Part shown: positions 37,654 to 46,452 of the stretch, piece after piece
Numbering within the stretch: position 1 is the stretch's first letter
How the letters are laid out: each line of letters starts with the position of its first letter
Source: a candidate division TM6 bacterium GW2011_GWF2_28_16
Lineage (GTDB): Bacteria; Patescibacteriota; Microgenomatia; UBA1400; PJMF01
Direction: 5' to 3'
Length of the DNA: 64,000 nucleotides
NCBI GenBank assembly: GCA_001029715.1
Contig: CP011212.1
Location: 769,066-833,065 of the forward strand
Program-made: the position numbers and the translations under genes
The notes under the pieces: model-generated
Told to the model about the DNA's origin: nothing
What the model saw: only the letters and a program-made list of their open reading frames with translations
Database searches by the model: none

Positions 37654-37682
37654 ATTATATTTCGGACCCTGTCTTTTTGCAA
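37654..37682 (-). promoter_or_regulatory. sigma70-like promoter for the tRNA-Thr/Tyr/Thr-rpmG operon
   Basis: Minus strand reads 'TTGCAA-(17 nt)-TATAAT' and ends 15 nt before the tRNA 5' end. Confidence 0.45.
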
Positions 37683-37695
37683 AACAAAAAGCAGC

Positions 37696-37760
37696 TGGTA
37701 CGAAAGATGCAAAGCGAATTTCGGACAATGTGGTACGAAAGATGCAAAGCGAATTTCGGA
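37696..37760. repeat. two tandem 30-nt direct repeats (TGGTACGAAAGATGCAAAGCGAATTTCGGA), period 35
   Basis: Identical copies at 37696-37725 and 37731-37760. They lie at about -40 to -110 relative to the tRNA operon promoter and share 'TCCGAAAT' and 'TTGCA' with it. Confidence 0.7.
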
Positions 37761-37783
37761 GAAAATACAGACGAGAAAACACT

Positions 37784-37933
37784 CCACTTCCCTTTGCAGG
37801 AAAGCAAGCCTCTTTCCCCGGGAAAAACCAGGTGGTTAAGAAGATCTCATTTCCACGGAAATAAGATACTCCTTTATCCATAAAAGAGCTGTTGAGGAAA
37901 AACATCGCTTAGCTTTCCTGCAAAGGGAAGTGG
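37784..37933. repeat. 22-bp perfect inverted repeat (CCACTTCCCTTTGCAGGAAAGC ... GCTTTCCTGCAAAGGGAAGTGG) enclosing 106 nt; candidate structured RNA or regulatory element
   Basis: Arms at 37784-37805 and 37912-37933 read directly. The interior contains small palindromes ('ccccggg', 'tttccacggaaa'). Confidence 0.6.
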
Positions 37934-38057
37934 TATTAATGTGCTAAATACAATTTTAGAAGCTAACAAACAAAAAACAAAGCTGTTTTTGACACAGAAA
38001 AATTGCTATAATGGAATCTTCCACATTTTGAAAAATAGATGACGCCAAACTCGACTT

Positions 38058-38963
38058 TTAACCAGCGATCTCCTCTACCCATTCCTTGACTTTGTGACCG
38101 TATTTTTCGTTTTCGATCACAAATTTTAAATGAGCTTTGAAATAATTTTCTGGATCACCAGTGGTCATCCACTTACTGTCGTTTTTAACCACTAAAACTT
38201 TCTTTCCAGATTGCTTGAGTTTTTCGATTGCGTCCACTGTCCAAAGTTCGCCATCCTTACCAGTGCTATTAATTGTCAAATAGTCAAAAATAGCTGGTGT
38301 TAGTAAATAGCGACCATAGGAAGCTAAATTGCTAGGCGCCTCTTCCACGGATGGCTTTTCGACAATATTAACTAAAAAATTTTCTTGACCCTCATGATAA
38401 CTGCCATCTTGTAAAGAAACTATTCCATATTTAGAAACCTCTCCTTTCTGGATCTCCTCAGCCATGATGATGGCAGCAGCGTCATTATATTGATGATAGT
38501 TGTCAACTAAAGTTTTAGCTGCACCTGGGCTACCAAAAACCACATCATCACTATAAATAGCTAAGAAAGCATCTTCGCCCTCTACAAAAGCCTTGGCTGA
38601 AGCAATTGGTGAACCATTGCCGTAAGGCAAACTCAAGTCCTGAGTGATTACGGTAATTTTTGGATAATCTAACACTCGCTGTACAGATTCGTAGCGATCT
38701 TCCTTGCCCTGGGCAGCTAACTGTTTACGAATGCGGTTAACATTATTGTTAAAGTAGTCTTCATAAATTGGTTTTCCCTCAGGAGTAGCAACAATGATAA
38801 TTTCTTCAATCCCTGCTTCAACACACTCTTCAATCACGAATTGCATGATGGGACGATTGCCCATTGGCAACATCGCTTTTGGCACAGTTTTAGCGATTGG
38901 CAAATAACGACTAGCAAAACCAGCGTCGGTGATAATTGCTTTACGAACCAATTTTTCTGACAT
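38058..38963 (-). CDS. galU: UTP--glucose-1-phosphate uridylyltransferase-like sugar nucleotidyltransferase
   Basis: 'AIITDAGFASRYLPIAKTVPKAMLPMGNRPIMQF' matches the GxGTRxLPxTKxxPKEMLP N-terminal signature. Confidence 0.7.
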   Translation of the reverse strand: MSEKLVRKAIITDAGFASRYLPIAKTVPKAMLPMGNRPIMQFVIEECVEAGIEEIIIVATPEGKPIYEDYFNNNVNRIRKQLAAQGKEDRYESVQRVLDYPKITVITQDLSLPYGNGSPIASAKAFVEGEDAFLAIYSDDVVFGSPGAAKTLVDNYHQYNDAAAIIMAEEIQKGEVSKYGIVSLQDGSYHEGQENFLVNIVEKPSVEEAPSNLASYGRYLLTPAIFDYLTINSTGKDGELWTVDAIEKLKQSGKKVLVVKNDSKWMTTGDPENYFKAHLKFVIENEKYGHKVKEWVEEIAG

Positions 38964-39038
38964 AAAAATTCACCTTTCTAAATAAGTTCTAAAAGTATAA
39001 CATAACAAAGGACTTGACCTAAGAGTGAGAAGTCAGTT

Positions 39039-39416
39039 ATGCTTGAGATAATGCCTTCAAAAAAAATCACTAAACAAAAAAAGAACGAAATTGAATCAAA
39101 TCTCATTCTCTTTGGTCTTTTGCTCGTTTTAATTCTCTCCGTAATTACTTTTTGGCACATTAGCTACAAAAAAAACCAGACAAATAGTGCTGAAACTTCC
39201 GCTATAAACCAGGAACTGGCGCAAAAAGCCGACATTGATCAAGATGGAAATATTGATGAAAAAGATGCTAAACTGATTAAAGAGGCTTTTTTGAAGAGTG
39301 ATGTTGAATCACTTAAGGCTGATCTAAACCAAGATAATAAAGTCGATGCTAAAGACTTCTCACTGTTCAATAAAATCTTTAACTTAAAAGAGAAAGAACA
39401 AAATGACTCCAAATAA
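39039..39416 (+). CDS. small membrane-anchored protein with two dockerin-like calcium-binding repeats
   Basis: N-terminal helix 'LILFGLLLVLILSVITFW'; 'DIDQDGNIDEKDAKLIKEAF' and 'DLNQDNKVDAKDFSLFNKIF' resemble dockerin type I D-x-D-x-D-G-x-(I/V)-D repeats. Confidence 0.45.
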   Translation: MLEIMPSKKITKQKKNEIESNLILFGLLLVLILSVITFWHISYKKNQTNSAETSAINQELAQKADIDQDGNIDEKDAKLIKEAFLKSDVESLKADLNQDNKVDAKDFSLFNKIFNLKEKEQNDSK

Positions 39417-41331
39417 AAAGAAAAATCACCTCGCCATTGTCGGGTTGTTTATTGTTGTTTTCATTATGTCTATTTCCTTGTTAGCAGTCATGTTTCTTAA
39501 GAAACCTGTTTCAGAATTGAGTTTAGACACTAGGAAAGAAGCTATGGTTGATAGTGGTTTAGTTGAATTGGATACTTATCCTTTTAATCAAAGTACTCTG
39601 AAGGTCAAAGAAGAGCAAAAAATTAATCTTCAAATCAATACCAAGGATAAATCAGTCGACGCTGTGGAACTCATTTTTGAAGTCATCGCCGATGAGGGTT
39701 TATTAGATAAAAGTAAAATTAAGCTTACTGGTACCATTCCAGAAGAACTAGAAGTTGGCAAACAAGAAATCATCGATAGTGTTTGTTCCAAAGATTGTTA
39801 TACGGTTACCCTTCTCCTCAATATTAAAGATTCAAACCAAGCTTTTGCCACTCATGATCAAATGGCTACCATTTCACAACTTAGCTTTACTCCTCAAAAA
39901 GAAGGTAGTCTAAAAATTAAAATCAGCCAAGATAGCACTGCTATTGAACACGAAAGCAGCAGCGACGTGTTACAAAAACCCTCTGTACTAGACTTTCAAT
40001 ATTATGTAACTAACAATGGCATTGATCCTTCTCAATGTTATTACCAATATACTTCCTGGGGAGATTGCAATAATGGTTGGCAAACCAGACAGTATTCTGT
40101 CGAACCAGACAACTGTTATTGGTATGAAAAAGAAACTCTCAAAGAATTAAGTCAAAAATGCGTTGATAGCGATGAGGTCAGCGCCAATAATAGCTATTTT
40201 TATCTTTATTCAACTAACAATTGTTTTAATCAGGCAACCACTGGTGAAAATTTTTATATCATTTGGAATGATGATAAATATGACAATGTAACATGGGTCG
40301 ATGTCAGCACTAGTAATAGCTTCAGCAATTTTTATCATAAAAAAGTTGAAGGCAACATTGATCAAACCAATGGAGACTGGTTGATGATTAATGCCAAAGG
40401 TTTTACAGATGCTACTGATGACAGAGGAACATTAATTTTTGAGCCAGATGAGGATTATTATTTCCGTCTATACAGCACCGATAATGACGGACAACACATC
40501 TCCTCAGTTCATTATTATGTAGCTTATTGTAGCGGAGACCAAAGTATCTATAAAAACTGTAATGATGCTTGTGGTGCTAACAGCGACCAAGGTAAAAGTT
40601 GTGCTCCAGGAATGACTTGTTATGAGGGCAGTTGTCGTAATGAAAACAACCCTAGTGATTCTAGTTGTTTACCGATTTTAGGAACTCAATTAAGTAATCA
40701 AAGTTGTAATCAATATTGTGCCAGTAATAATGATTGCTCCGCTGGCTTAAGTTGTTATTGGAATAGTTGTCGCAATCCATTAAATCTAAGTAGTACTTCT
40801 TGTTCCGTCACAACTACTTATTCATCTGCAACCACTAGCAAAAGCACTCTCTTACCCAGTGAAGCTTATGATCTAAGTACTTACAGTTGTAATCATGGTT
40901 GTAATAATAATCGTGACTGTGAAGCCGATATGCGTTGTTATAAAGGTAGCTGTCGCTTAGCAGATGATCCAGAAAATATTGCTTGCGTAGTCAGTGCGAC
41001 TGAATTAAACAGCAAAGACGCAAGTTCTAGCAGTAGTGCAGCTAAAATTGTTAAACCTAGCACCACTCCAATTACTGACACTAACAGCAAAGACACTCAA
41101 AGTGGACTGAACAAATTTTTGTCTAGTTTTTCCTGGCAATGGTTGGCTATTGCTGGGGTGATCTTACTTGTCGCGATTTCCCTGATTATTAGCTCAATTG
41201 CCAAAGCCAAAAAAGATCCCTGGACTAATCATATTAAAATGATCAACGAGAATGATATTCCTCAAAAACCAGAGCCAGAAAAAACAACTGAAACCATAAA
41301 AATTCCAGAAGATAAACCTTTGCAATTATAA
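39403..41331 (+). CDS. cell-surface protein with three Cys-rich repeats and a C-terminal membrane anchor
   Basis: N-terminal hydrophobic segment. Three repeats of C-x5/6-C-Y-x-G/N-S-C-R-x7-C ('CAPGMTCYEGSCRN', 'CSAGLSCYWNSCRN', 'CEADMRCYKGSCRL'). C-terminal helix 'WLAIAGVILLVAISLIISSIAKAKKD'. Overlaps the upstream gene by 14 nt. Confidence 0.55.
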   Translation: MTPNKKKNHLAIVGLFIVVFIMSISLLAVMFLKKPVSELSLDTRKEAMVDSGLVELDTYPFNQSTLKVKEEQKINLQINTKDKSVDAVELIFEVIADEGLLDKSKIKLTGTIPEELEVGKQEIIDSVCSKDCYTVTLLLNIKDSNQAFATHDQMATISQLSFTPQKEGSLKIKISQDSTAIEHESSSDVLQKPSVLDFQYYVTNNGIDPSQCYYQYTSWGDCNNGWQTRQYSVEPDNCYWYEKETLKELSQKCVDSDEVSANNSYFYLYSTNNCFNQATTGENFYIIWNDDKYDNVTWVDVSTSNSFSNFYHKKVEGNIDQTNGDWLMINAKGFTDATDDRGTLIFEPDEDYYFRLYSTDNDGQHISSVHYYVAYCSGDQSIYKNCNDACGANSDQGKSCAPGMTCYEGSCRNENNPSDSSCLPILGTQLSNQSCNQYCASNNDCSAGLSCYWNSCRNPLNLSSTSCSVTTTYSSATTSKSTLLPSEAYDLSTYSCNHGCNNNRDCEADMRCYKGSCRLADDPENIACVVSATELNSKDASSSSSAAKIVKPSTTPITDTNSKDTQSGLNKFLSSFSWQWLAIAGVILLVAISLIISSIAKAKKDPWTNHIKMINENDIPQKPEPEKTTETIKIPEDKPLQL

Positions 41332-41399
41332 ATTTATAAGCCAACTTGAAAAAAAACCCATCTACGGATAAAATTCGAAGGACAAGATAGATCATTTTT

Positions 41400-41582
41400 A
41401 TGTTTACAAAAATTAAAAAATACTTTAGAGAAGTTATCACAGAGCTCAAGCAAACCTCTTGGCCAAGTAAAAACGATACTAAGAATATGACCCTGCTTGT
41501 ATTTTTAGTAGCTACTCTACTCGCCCTGTATCTTGGAGGGCTCGATTTTCTCCTACAAAAAATCATGGGAATTCTGATATAA
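41400..41582 (+). CDS. secE: preprotein translocase subunit SecE
   Basis: 60 aa with a single C-terminal transmembrane helix, immediately upstream of nusG. Confidence 0.7.
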   Translation: MFTKIKKYFREVITELKQTSWPSKNDTKNMTLLVFLVATLLALYLGGLDFLLQKIMGILI

Positions 41583-41620
41583 TATCCTCCTTTGTAAAAG
41601 GAATCACCAAAAAAGGAATT

Positions 41621-42241
41621 ATGACTGACCAAATGCAAATACCAGAAGTGCCAGAAGTCCAAGAAGTAAGAGTTCAATCTCCTAACTTAGTGAACATCTC
41701 TGATGTCGACAACAAGAAAGCTCGTTGGTACGTAGTGCACGTTTATTCTGGACATGAAAAGAAGATCGCTGAGGCCTTGCGCCAACGTGCTCAAACCTTG
41801 CATTTAACTGATAAAATTATTCAAGTTTTAATTCCTACTCAAGATAAAATTCAAATTCGTCGTGGCATGCGCAAAACCGTTAGTGAAAAGATTTTCCCAG
41901 GATATATGTTGGTTAAATTGGAAATGGCTGACGATGTTTGGTTGGCAGTGCGCACCACTGATGGTGTGACCGGCTTTGTTGGTATGAGTAGTAAACCTAC
42001 TCCACTCCCAAAAAGCGAAGTTGAAGCAATCATGAAATATACTGAACAATCTGGCGAAGCTTCTTACAAAGCTGACTTTGTCGATGGCGAAGCCGTCAAA
42101 GTGGTTGAAGGACCATTCAATGACTTCTTAGGCAGTGTTGACAAGATTGACGAAGAAAAAGGCAAAGTTACGGTCTTGCTCAACATCTTCGGTAGAGAAA
42201 CTCCAGTGGAATTGGATTTCTTGCAAATTAAGAAAGTTTAA
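41621..42241 (+). CDS. nusG: transcription termination/antitermination factor NusG (with N-terminal extension)
   Basis: NGN domain 'WYVVHVYSGHEKKIAEAL' and C-terminal KOW 'GEAVKVVEGPFNDFLGSV'. Confidence 0.85.
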   Translation: MTDQMQIPEVPEVQEVRVQSPNLVNISDVDNKKARWYVVHVYSGHEKKIAEALRQRAQTLHLTDKIIQVLIPTQDKIQIRRGMRKTVSEKIFPGYMLVKLEMADDVWLAVRTTDGVTGFVGMSSKPTPLPKSEVEAIMKYTEQSGEASYKADFVDGEAVKVVEGPFNDFLGSVDKIDEEKGKVTVLLNIFGRETPVELDFLQIKKV

Positions 42242-42336
42242 AACAAAAACCATTGCGGTCGGCATAGGGACGCCGAGCTTCTCCGCATGAAGGTTAATTA
42301 AAAATAGAAAACAAATGAAAATAAAGAAAGTCGTGT

Positions 42337-42759
42337 ATGGCAAAAAAAATTAAATCAGTTCTAAAACTCAATCTACCAGCTGGCACAGCAACTCCAGCAC
42401 CTCCAGTCGGTCCTATTTTAGGTCAGGCAGGTATCAACATGATGGATTTCTTGAAACAATATAATGCTGCTACTGCTGATCAAAAAGGTCAGGTTATTCC
42501 AGCAGAAATCACTGTTTTTGAGAACAATTCTTTTACTTTTGTTTTGAAATTGCCTCCAGTCTCTGACTTGATCAAGCAAACCCTCAAAATGAAAGCTGGT
42601 AGTTCTACTCCAGGCAAAGATAATAAAGCTAAAATCACTATGGATCAAATCAGAGCAATTGCTGAAAAGAAATTGCCAGACATGAATACTGAAAATATTG
42701 ATTCTGCTATGCAGAGTATTATTGGTTCAGCTAGATCCATGGGTGTTGAAGTCGTTTAA
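42337..42759 (+). CDS. rplK: 50S ribosomal protein L11
   Basis: 'KLNLPAGTATPAPPVGPILGQAGINMMDF' L11 N-terminal domain signature. Confidence 0.9.
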   Translation: MAKKIKSVLKLNLPAGTATPAPPVGPILGQAGINMMDFLKQYNAATADQKGQVIPAEITVFENNSFTFVLKLPPVSDLIKQTLKMKAGSSTPGKDNKAKITMDQIRAIAEKKLPDMNTENIDSAMQSIIGSARSMGVEVV

Positions 42760-42828
42760 TATTAAAAAATAAAATATAGTGGGAGGCTCAAGCTTTACTC
42801 AAGCCGTTCGCACCACCAGAAAGGAAAT

Positions 42829-43557
42829 ATGGGAAGCAAAAAAAATGTCGACATGTCCGCAACTGAGACTGAAATCAAAGTCGTCGAGGCAACTGAAGTA
42901 AAAGAAGAGACTGATTCTCAAGGCGAAGCAAAAGTCGAGAAAAAAATCACTAAAGCCAAAAAAGTTCGTGGCAAAAAATATCAAGCTGTCCGCTCTCAAT
43001 TGGATAAAAGCAAATTTTACACTGCCAAAGAAGCAGTTGAATTGGTGAAGAAACTTTCTTACACCAAATTTGTTGGTTCAGTTGAAGCCCACATCGTGGT
43101 TAGAGAAATTGGCGATAGTGTCAACATCGCTCTTCCTCATTCCACTGGTAAATCTGTCAAAGTCACCGTCGTTGACGCTCAAGTTTTAAGCGACATCGAA
43201 GCTGGCAAAATTGACTTTGATATTTTGGTCGCCGCTCCTGAATTTATGCCAAAATTGGCTAGATTCGCTAAAGTTCTTGGACCAAAAGGCCTCATGCCAA
43301 ATCCAAAAAGTGGCACCCTGACCCCAAATCCAGAACTTAAGAAAAAAGAGTTGGAAGCCGGTAAATTCAGCCTTAAAACTGAGAAAAAAGCTCCTCTCAT
43401 GCATTTGATTATCGGCAAAACCGATATGAAAAGTGCCGACTTATTGGCAAACATCGAAGCTTTAGTCAAAGCTTTGAAGGGCAAAATTCTTAAATTAAGT
43501 ATTGCTGCCAGTATGAGTCCTGGAGTTAAAGTTTTAGTTGAAGAAAGTGAAGAATAA
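42829..43557 (+). CDS. rplA: 50S ribosomal protein L1
   Basis: Overall L1 pattern ('KKYQAV...KFVGSVEAHIV', 'APEFMPKLARFAKVLGPKGLMPNPKSGT'). Confidence 0.9.
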   Translation: MGSKKNVDMSATETEIKVVEATEVKEETDSQGEAKVEKKITKAKKVRGKKYQAVRSQLDKSKFYTAKEAVELVKKLSYTKFVGSVEAHIVVREIGDSVNIALPHSTGKSVKVTVVDAQVLSDIEAGKIDFDILVAAPEFMPKLARFAKVLGPKGLMPNPKSGTLTPNPELKKKELEAGKFSLKTEKKAPLMHLIIGKTDMKSADLLANIEALVKALKGKILKLSIAASMSPGVKVLVEESEE

Positions 43558-43582
43558 ATTTCTTCTTTAAAATATGAAAAAG

Positions 43583-43612
43583 AAAACCCGCTTGAAAAAG
43601 CGGGTTTTTTAA
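43583..43612. terminator. rho-independent terminator after rplA (AACCCGC/GCGGGTT stem + T6)
   Basis: 'aaaacccgcttgaaaaagcgggtttttt'. Confidence 0.7.
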
Positions 43613-43615
43613 ATT

Positions 43616-44041
43616 CTAAATTTTAAACTTTATAGATAGCCACCTACCTTTTGAAGGAATACTATAGCTACCATGTCTCACACCTGATTTAACAAAATAT
43701 AATTTATATTCACCTATAGTTTGTGAGGCTCTAGGCAAACCAGCATAAACACTATCTTTGTCTACAATGACTATTTCTGTAATGCCATCAGCGCCATGAT
43801 CATGTTCATTAACTCTGCCTGAGTCTACAGTAATATTTTGATCAATACATTGAGACCAAAAACCAACTATTCTTCCATCTGACCCAGAGTATAAATTTTC
43901 TGAAGTCAATAATCCAACATGACCAGCAATTGGAGTTTTAGGCTCATCATCTGCTAAAAAAGCCGCTATTGAATCAGTATTTAGACCAACTACCGATAGG
44001 ACCTCATTTATTAAAGAATTATTTGGTTCTTTCTCTGACAT
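43616..44041 (-). CDS. hypothetical protein (141 aa) co-oriented with and 12 nt downstream of thrS
   Basis: ORF only; 'HDHGADG' and Gly-rich loops; no family recognised. Confidence 0.4.
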   Translation of the reverse strand: MSEKEPNNSLINEVLSVVGLNTDSIAAFLADDEPKTPIAGHVGLLTSENLYSGSDGRIVGFWSQCIDQNITVDSGRVNEHDHGADGITEIVIVDKDSVYAGLPRASQTIGEYKLYFVKSGVRHGSYSIPSKGRWLSIKFKI

Positions 44042-44053
44042 AAAGCGCCCGTT

Positions 44054-46078
44054 CTACTTTTTCAAAAACTCATCTAGCAAACTCAAATCTTGTGCACCTA
44101 AATCGCCACTTTGACTTAATTCTGCTTTTAATTCGCCGTTTTTGATCAATTCTTCTGCTCTCTCACGAGCTTTACCGCGCACGCGCACACCAACCTTATT
44201 AGCTTCAATTTCGCTGTCGCCAATAATAAGCATTAATGGCACTCTCGCTACTTCAGCAGCTCGAATTTTAGCCTGCAAACGCTCGGAGCGGTCATCAATT
44301 TCTACTCTAACGTCCTGGTCCAATAATTGGTTCATGATTTTTTGCGCATATTCCAAATGACGATCAGCGATGGGCAAAATTTTAACCTGCACTGGCGCAA
44401 ACCAGACTGGAAAATCGCCACCGTGTTGCTCAATTAAGAAAGCAAAGAAGCGTTCAAAAGAGCCAATTAAGGCACGATGAATTACAAAAGGACGTTGTTT
44501 TTCACCTTTTTCATCGACATAAGTAATGTCAAAGCGTTCTGGTAAGTTAAAGTCCACCTGAATCGTTGAAATACTATCTTCTTTGCCAAAAACATTCACT
44601 GCTTGAACATCGAGTTTGGGACCATAAAAAGCCGCCTCGCCTTTGGCTTCAACATAATCAACTCCGGCTTCATTGAGAATTTCGCGCATGATGTTTTCAG
44701 CTTTTTCCCAATCACTGCGCTTACCACAAGCTTTGAACTTTTCTTTATCTGGATCTGAAATTGAAAGACGGAAGTGATAATTATCGAAACCCATATCTTT
44801 GTAAAAAAGATCTAACATTTTCATTACTTCTTTGAATTGGTCCTTCAATTGCTCTGGTGTACAGAAAATATGAGCATCATTTTGCGTAAAACCGCGGACT
44901 CTCTGCAAACCATGCAATTCGCCAGATTTTTCGCGACGATAAACAGTGCCAAATTCACCCATCTTAACTGGCATGTCGCGGTAGCTATGACTTTTAAGTT
45001 TATAGACCATCATTCCAGCAGGACAGTTCATTGGTTTGGGATAATAGACTTCAGGCTGTCCTATAACTTTTCCCGAATCATCTTTTTCTTCGTAGGTCAA
45101 GGCTGGATACATACTATCTGCATAAAAACCTAAATGTCCTGATGTTTCAAATAATTCTTTTCTATTCAAATGAGGAGTCAAAATATGAACATACCCGAAG
45201 CGTCGCTCCATTTTCATCATGTAATCTTCCAAGACCCTGCGCATAGCATAGCCATTTGGCAACCAAACTGGTAAACCCTGACCAATTTCTGGAATGATCG
45301 CAAATAGCTCCATTTCTTTGCCAATCTTACGATGGTTGCGCTCTTCAGCCAGTTGTTTCTTGGTTAAATAATCATCTAAGTCAGCCTGTGAAGAAAAAGC
45401 TGTGCCGTAAATACGCGTCAGCATTTTATTTTTCTCATCACCGCGCCAATAGGCACCGGCGATACTCAAAAGTTTAAAAGCTTTGATTTCGGAAATTTTC
45501 TCGACGTGAGGACCCTTACACAAATCAGCAAAAGAAGCTAACTTAATACTAGCTTTATCGCTGTTTGACATCATTTCTAAACCAGCAATCAATTTTTTAT
45601 CTGCTTCAATTTGCTCGGGACGACCCGTCAAATACAGAGTAATTTTTTCTGGATTTCTCTCTAGCATCTGATGTTTGATCATCGATTTGCCATCACTCAC
45701 CGATTCACTTAGCTCAAAATCCTCAGCATGTTCTAAGCCATCGAGTAATTCTTGCTTATAAGAATTATTGGCAAAAATTTGTCTCGCTACTCCGAGAGAA
45801 ACCTCTACTCTTTCCATCAACAAACCTTGCTGGATAAGTTTTTTCATTTCTTTTTCAATCTTAGGAAAATCTTTTTCAGTGATTTTTAAGCCTTTTTCTT
45901 TGGCACTTTCGGCGATATCAAAGTCAAAATAAAAACCATCGTCGATGGCTGGCCCCATGGCTTTAATAATCACTGGATTACTTTTCTCATCACTGCCATA
46001 AAGTTTTTCCATGACTATAGTCAGAACGTGCTCCGCGCTATGACGCATAAGGAACAATTGGTCGATTGGTTTTTGCAT
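44054..46078 (-). CDS. thrS: threonyl-tRNA synthetase (begins at the editing/second additional domain; no separate N-terminal TGS segment evident)
   Basis: 'HSAEHVL' (HxxxH) editing-domain motif, class II catalytic core, C-terminal anticodon-binding domain. Confidence 0.9.
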   Translation of the reverse strand: MQKPIDQLFLMRHSAEHVLTIVMEKLYGSDEKSNPVIIKAMGPAIDDGFYFDFDIAESAKEKGLKITEKDFPKIEKEMKKLIQQGLLMERVEVSLGVARQIFANNSYKQELLDGLEHAEDFELSESVSDGKSMIKHQMLERNPEKITLYLTGRPEQIEADKKLIAGLEMMSNSDKASIKLASFADLCKGPHVEKISEIKAFKLLSIAGAYWRGDEKNKMLTRIYGTAFSSQADLDDYLTKKQLAEERNHRKIGKEMELFAIIPEIGQGLPVWLPNGYAMRRVLEDYMMKMERRFGYVHILTPHLNRKELFETSGHLGFYADSMYPALTYEEKDDSGKVIGQPEVYYPKPMNCPAGMMVYKLKSHSYRDMPVKMGEFGTVYRREKSGELHGLQRVRGFTQNDAHIFCTPEQLKDQFKEVMKMLDLFYKDMGFDNYHFRLSISDPDKEKFKACGKRSDWEKAENIMREILNEAGVDYVEAKGEAAFYGPKLDVQAVNVFGKEDSISTIQVDFNLPERFDITYVDEKGEKQRPFVIHRALIGSFERFFAFLIEQHGGDFPVWFAPVQVKILPIADRHLEYAQKIMNQLLDQDVRVEIDDRSERLQAKIRAAEVARVPLMLIIGDSEIEANKVGVRVRGKARERAEELIKNGELKAELSQSGDLGAQDLSLLDEFLKK

Positions 46079-46265
46079 AAGATCTTTCTTGATTTTAGTT
46101 ATTGTTATTTTACTTGTTTTTTTAGTATTTTGCGAAAGGTAGCAGTTCTGGTAACCTTAAGCTCCCATAATTGAGCTTAAGTGGGCCTGCCACTGTTTGT
46201 GGAACCGGATCTGAGAAATTTGGTTCGGGAGTCCAATTCTCCTCAAGTCCACCAGCTTTTATTTA

Positions 46266-46294
46266 TTGACAAAATTGTCAAAAAAATATATATT
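46266..46294 (+). promoter_or_regulatory. near-consensus sigma70 promoter (TTGACA-17-TATATT) embedded in the palindrome TTGACAAAATTGTCAA
   Basis: -35 at 46266-46271, a 17-nt spacer, -10 at 46289-46294. Points rightwards into a region with no annotated plus-strand gene. Confidence 0.4.
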
Positions 46295-46346
46295 TAGGCA
46301 ATTCTCAGACAAGGTTCCAAATTGCCACAACCAGTGGTGAACCATT

Positions 46347-46378
46347 AAATCGCTTTTAAAAAAGCGATTTTTTGTTTT
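46347..46378 (+). terminator. plus-strand rho-independent terminator (AAATCGCTTTT/AAAAGCGATTT hairpin + TTTTTTGTTTT)
   Basis: About 80 nt downstream of the promoter at 46266-46294, delimiting a possible small transcript. Confidence 0.45.
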
Positions 46379-46420
46379 AATCCGCTTCGGGCATTCCTTC
46401 GTCGTTTAAGCTCAGTCACA

Positions 46421-46452
46421 AAAAATCCCGCTCTTGGCGGGGTTCTCATTTT
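46421..46452 (-). terminator. minus-strand rho-independent terminator ending the 5-gene operon (CCCGC/GCGGG stem followed by ATTTTTTGTG)
   Basis: 'aaaaaatgagaaccccgccaagagcgggattttttg' on the minus strand, 100 nt after the stop of gene 46555-48645. Confidence 0.55.

Noticed and set aside
37696-37760. CRISPR array
   Set aside because: There are only two repeat copies with a 5-nt spacer, no cas genes nearby, and the repeats lie in a promoter-upstream position. This is not a CRISPR array.
37425-37905. Track ORFs 37425-37607(-), 37561-37905(-), 37563-37883(+), 37648-37839(+)
   Set aside because: They overlap the three tRNA genes and the repeat/promoter region. The translations are low-complexity with no motifs, so they are spurious.
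37934-38057. Plus-strand extended -10 promoter (TGCTATAAT at ~38014-38022) pointing antisense into galU
   Set aside because: There is no -35 at proper spacing and no plausible downstream plus-strand gene. It is likely chance AT-rich sequence.
42760-42828. L1-binding autoregulatory site between rplK and rplA
   Set aside because: A 'GGGAGGC' element precedes rplA, but no convincing stem mimicking the 23S L1 site could be drawn by eye. Not called.
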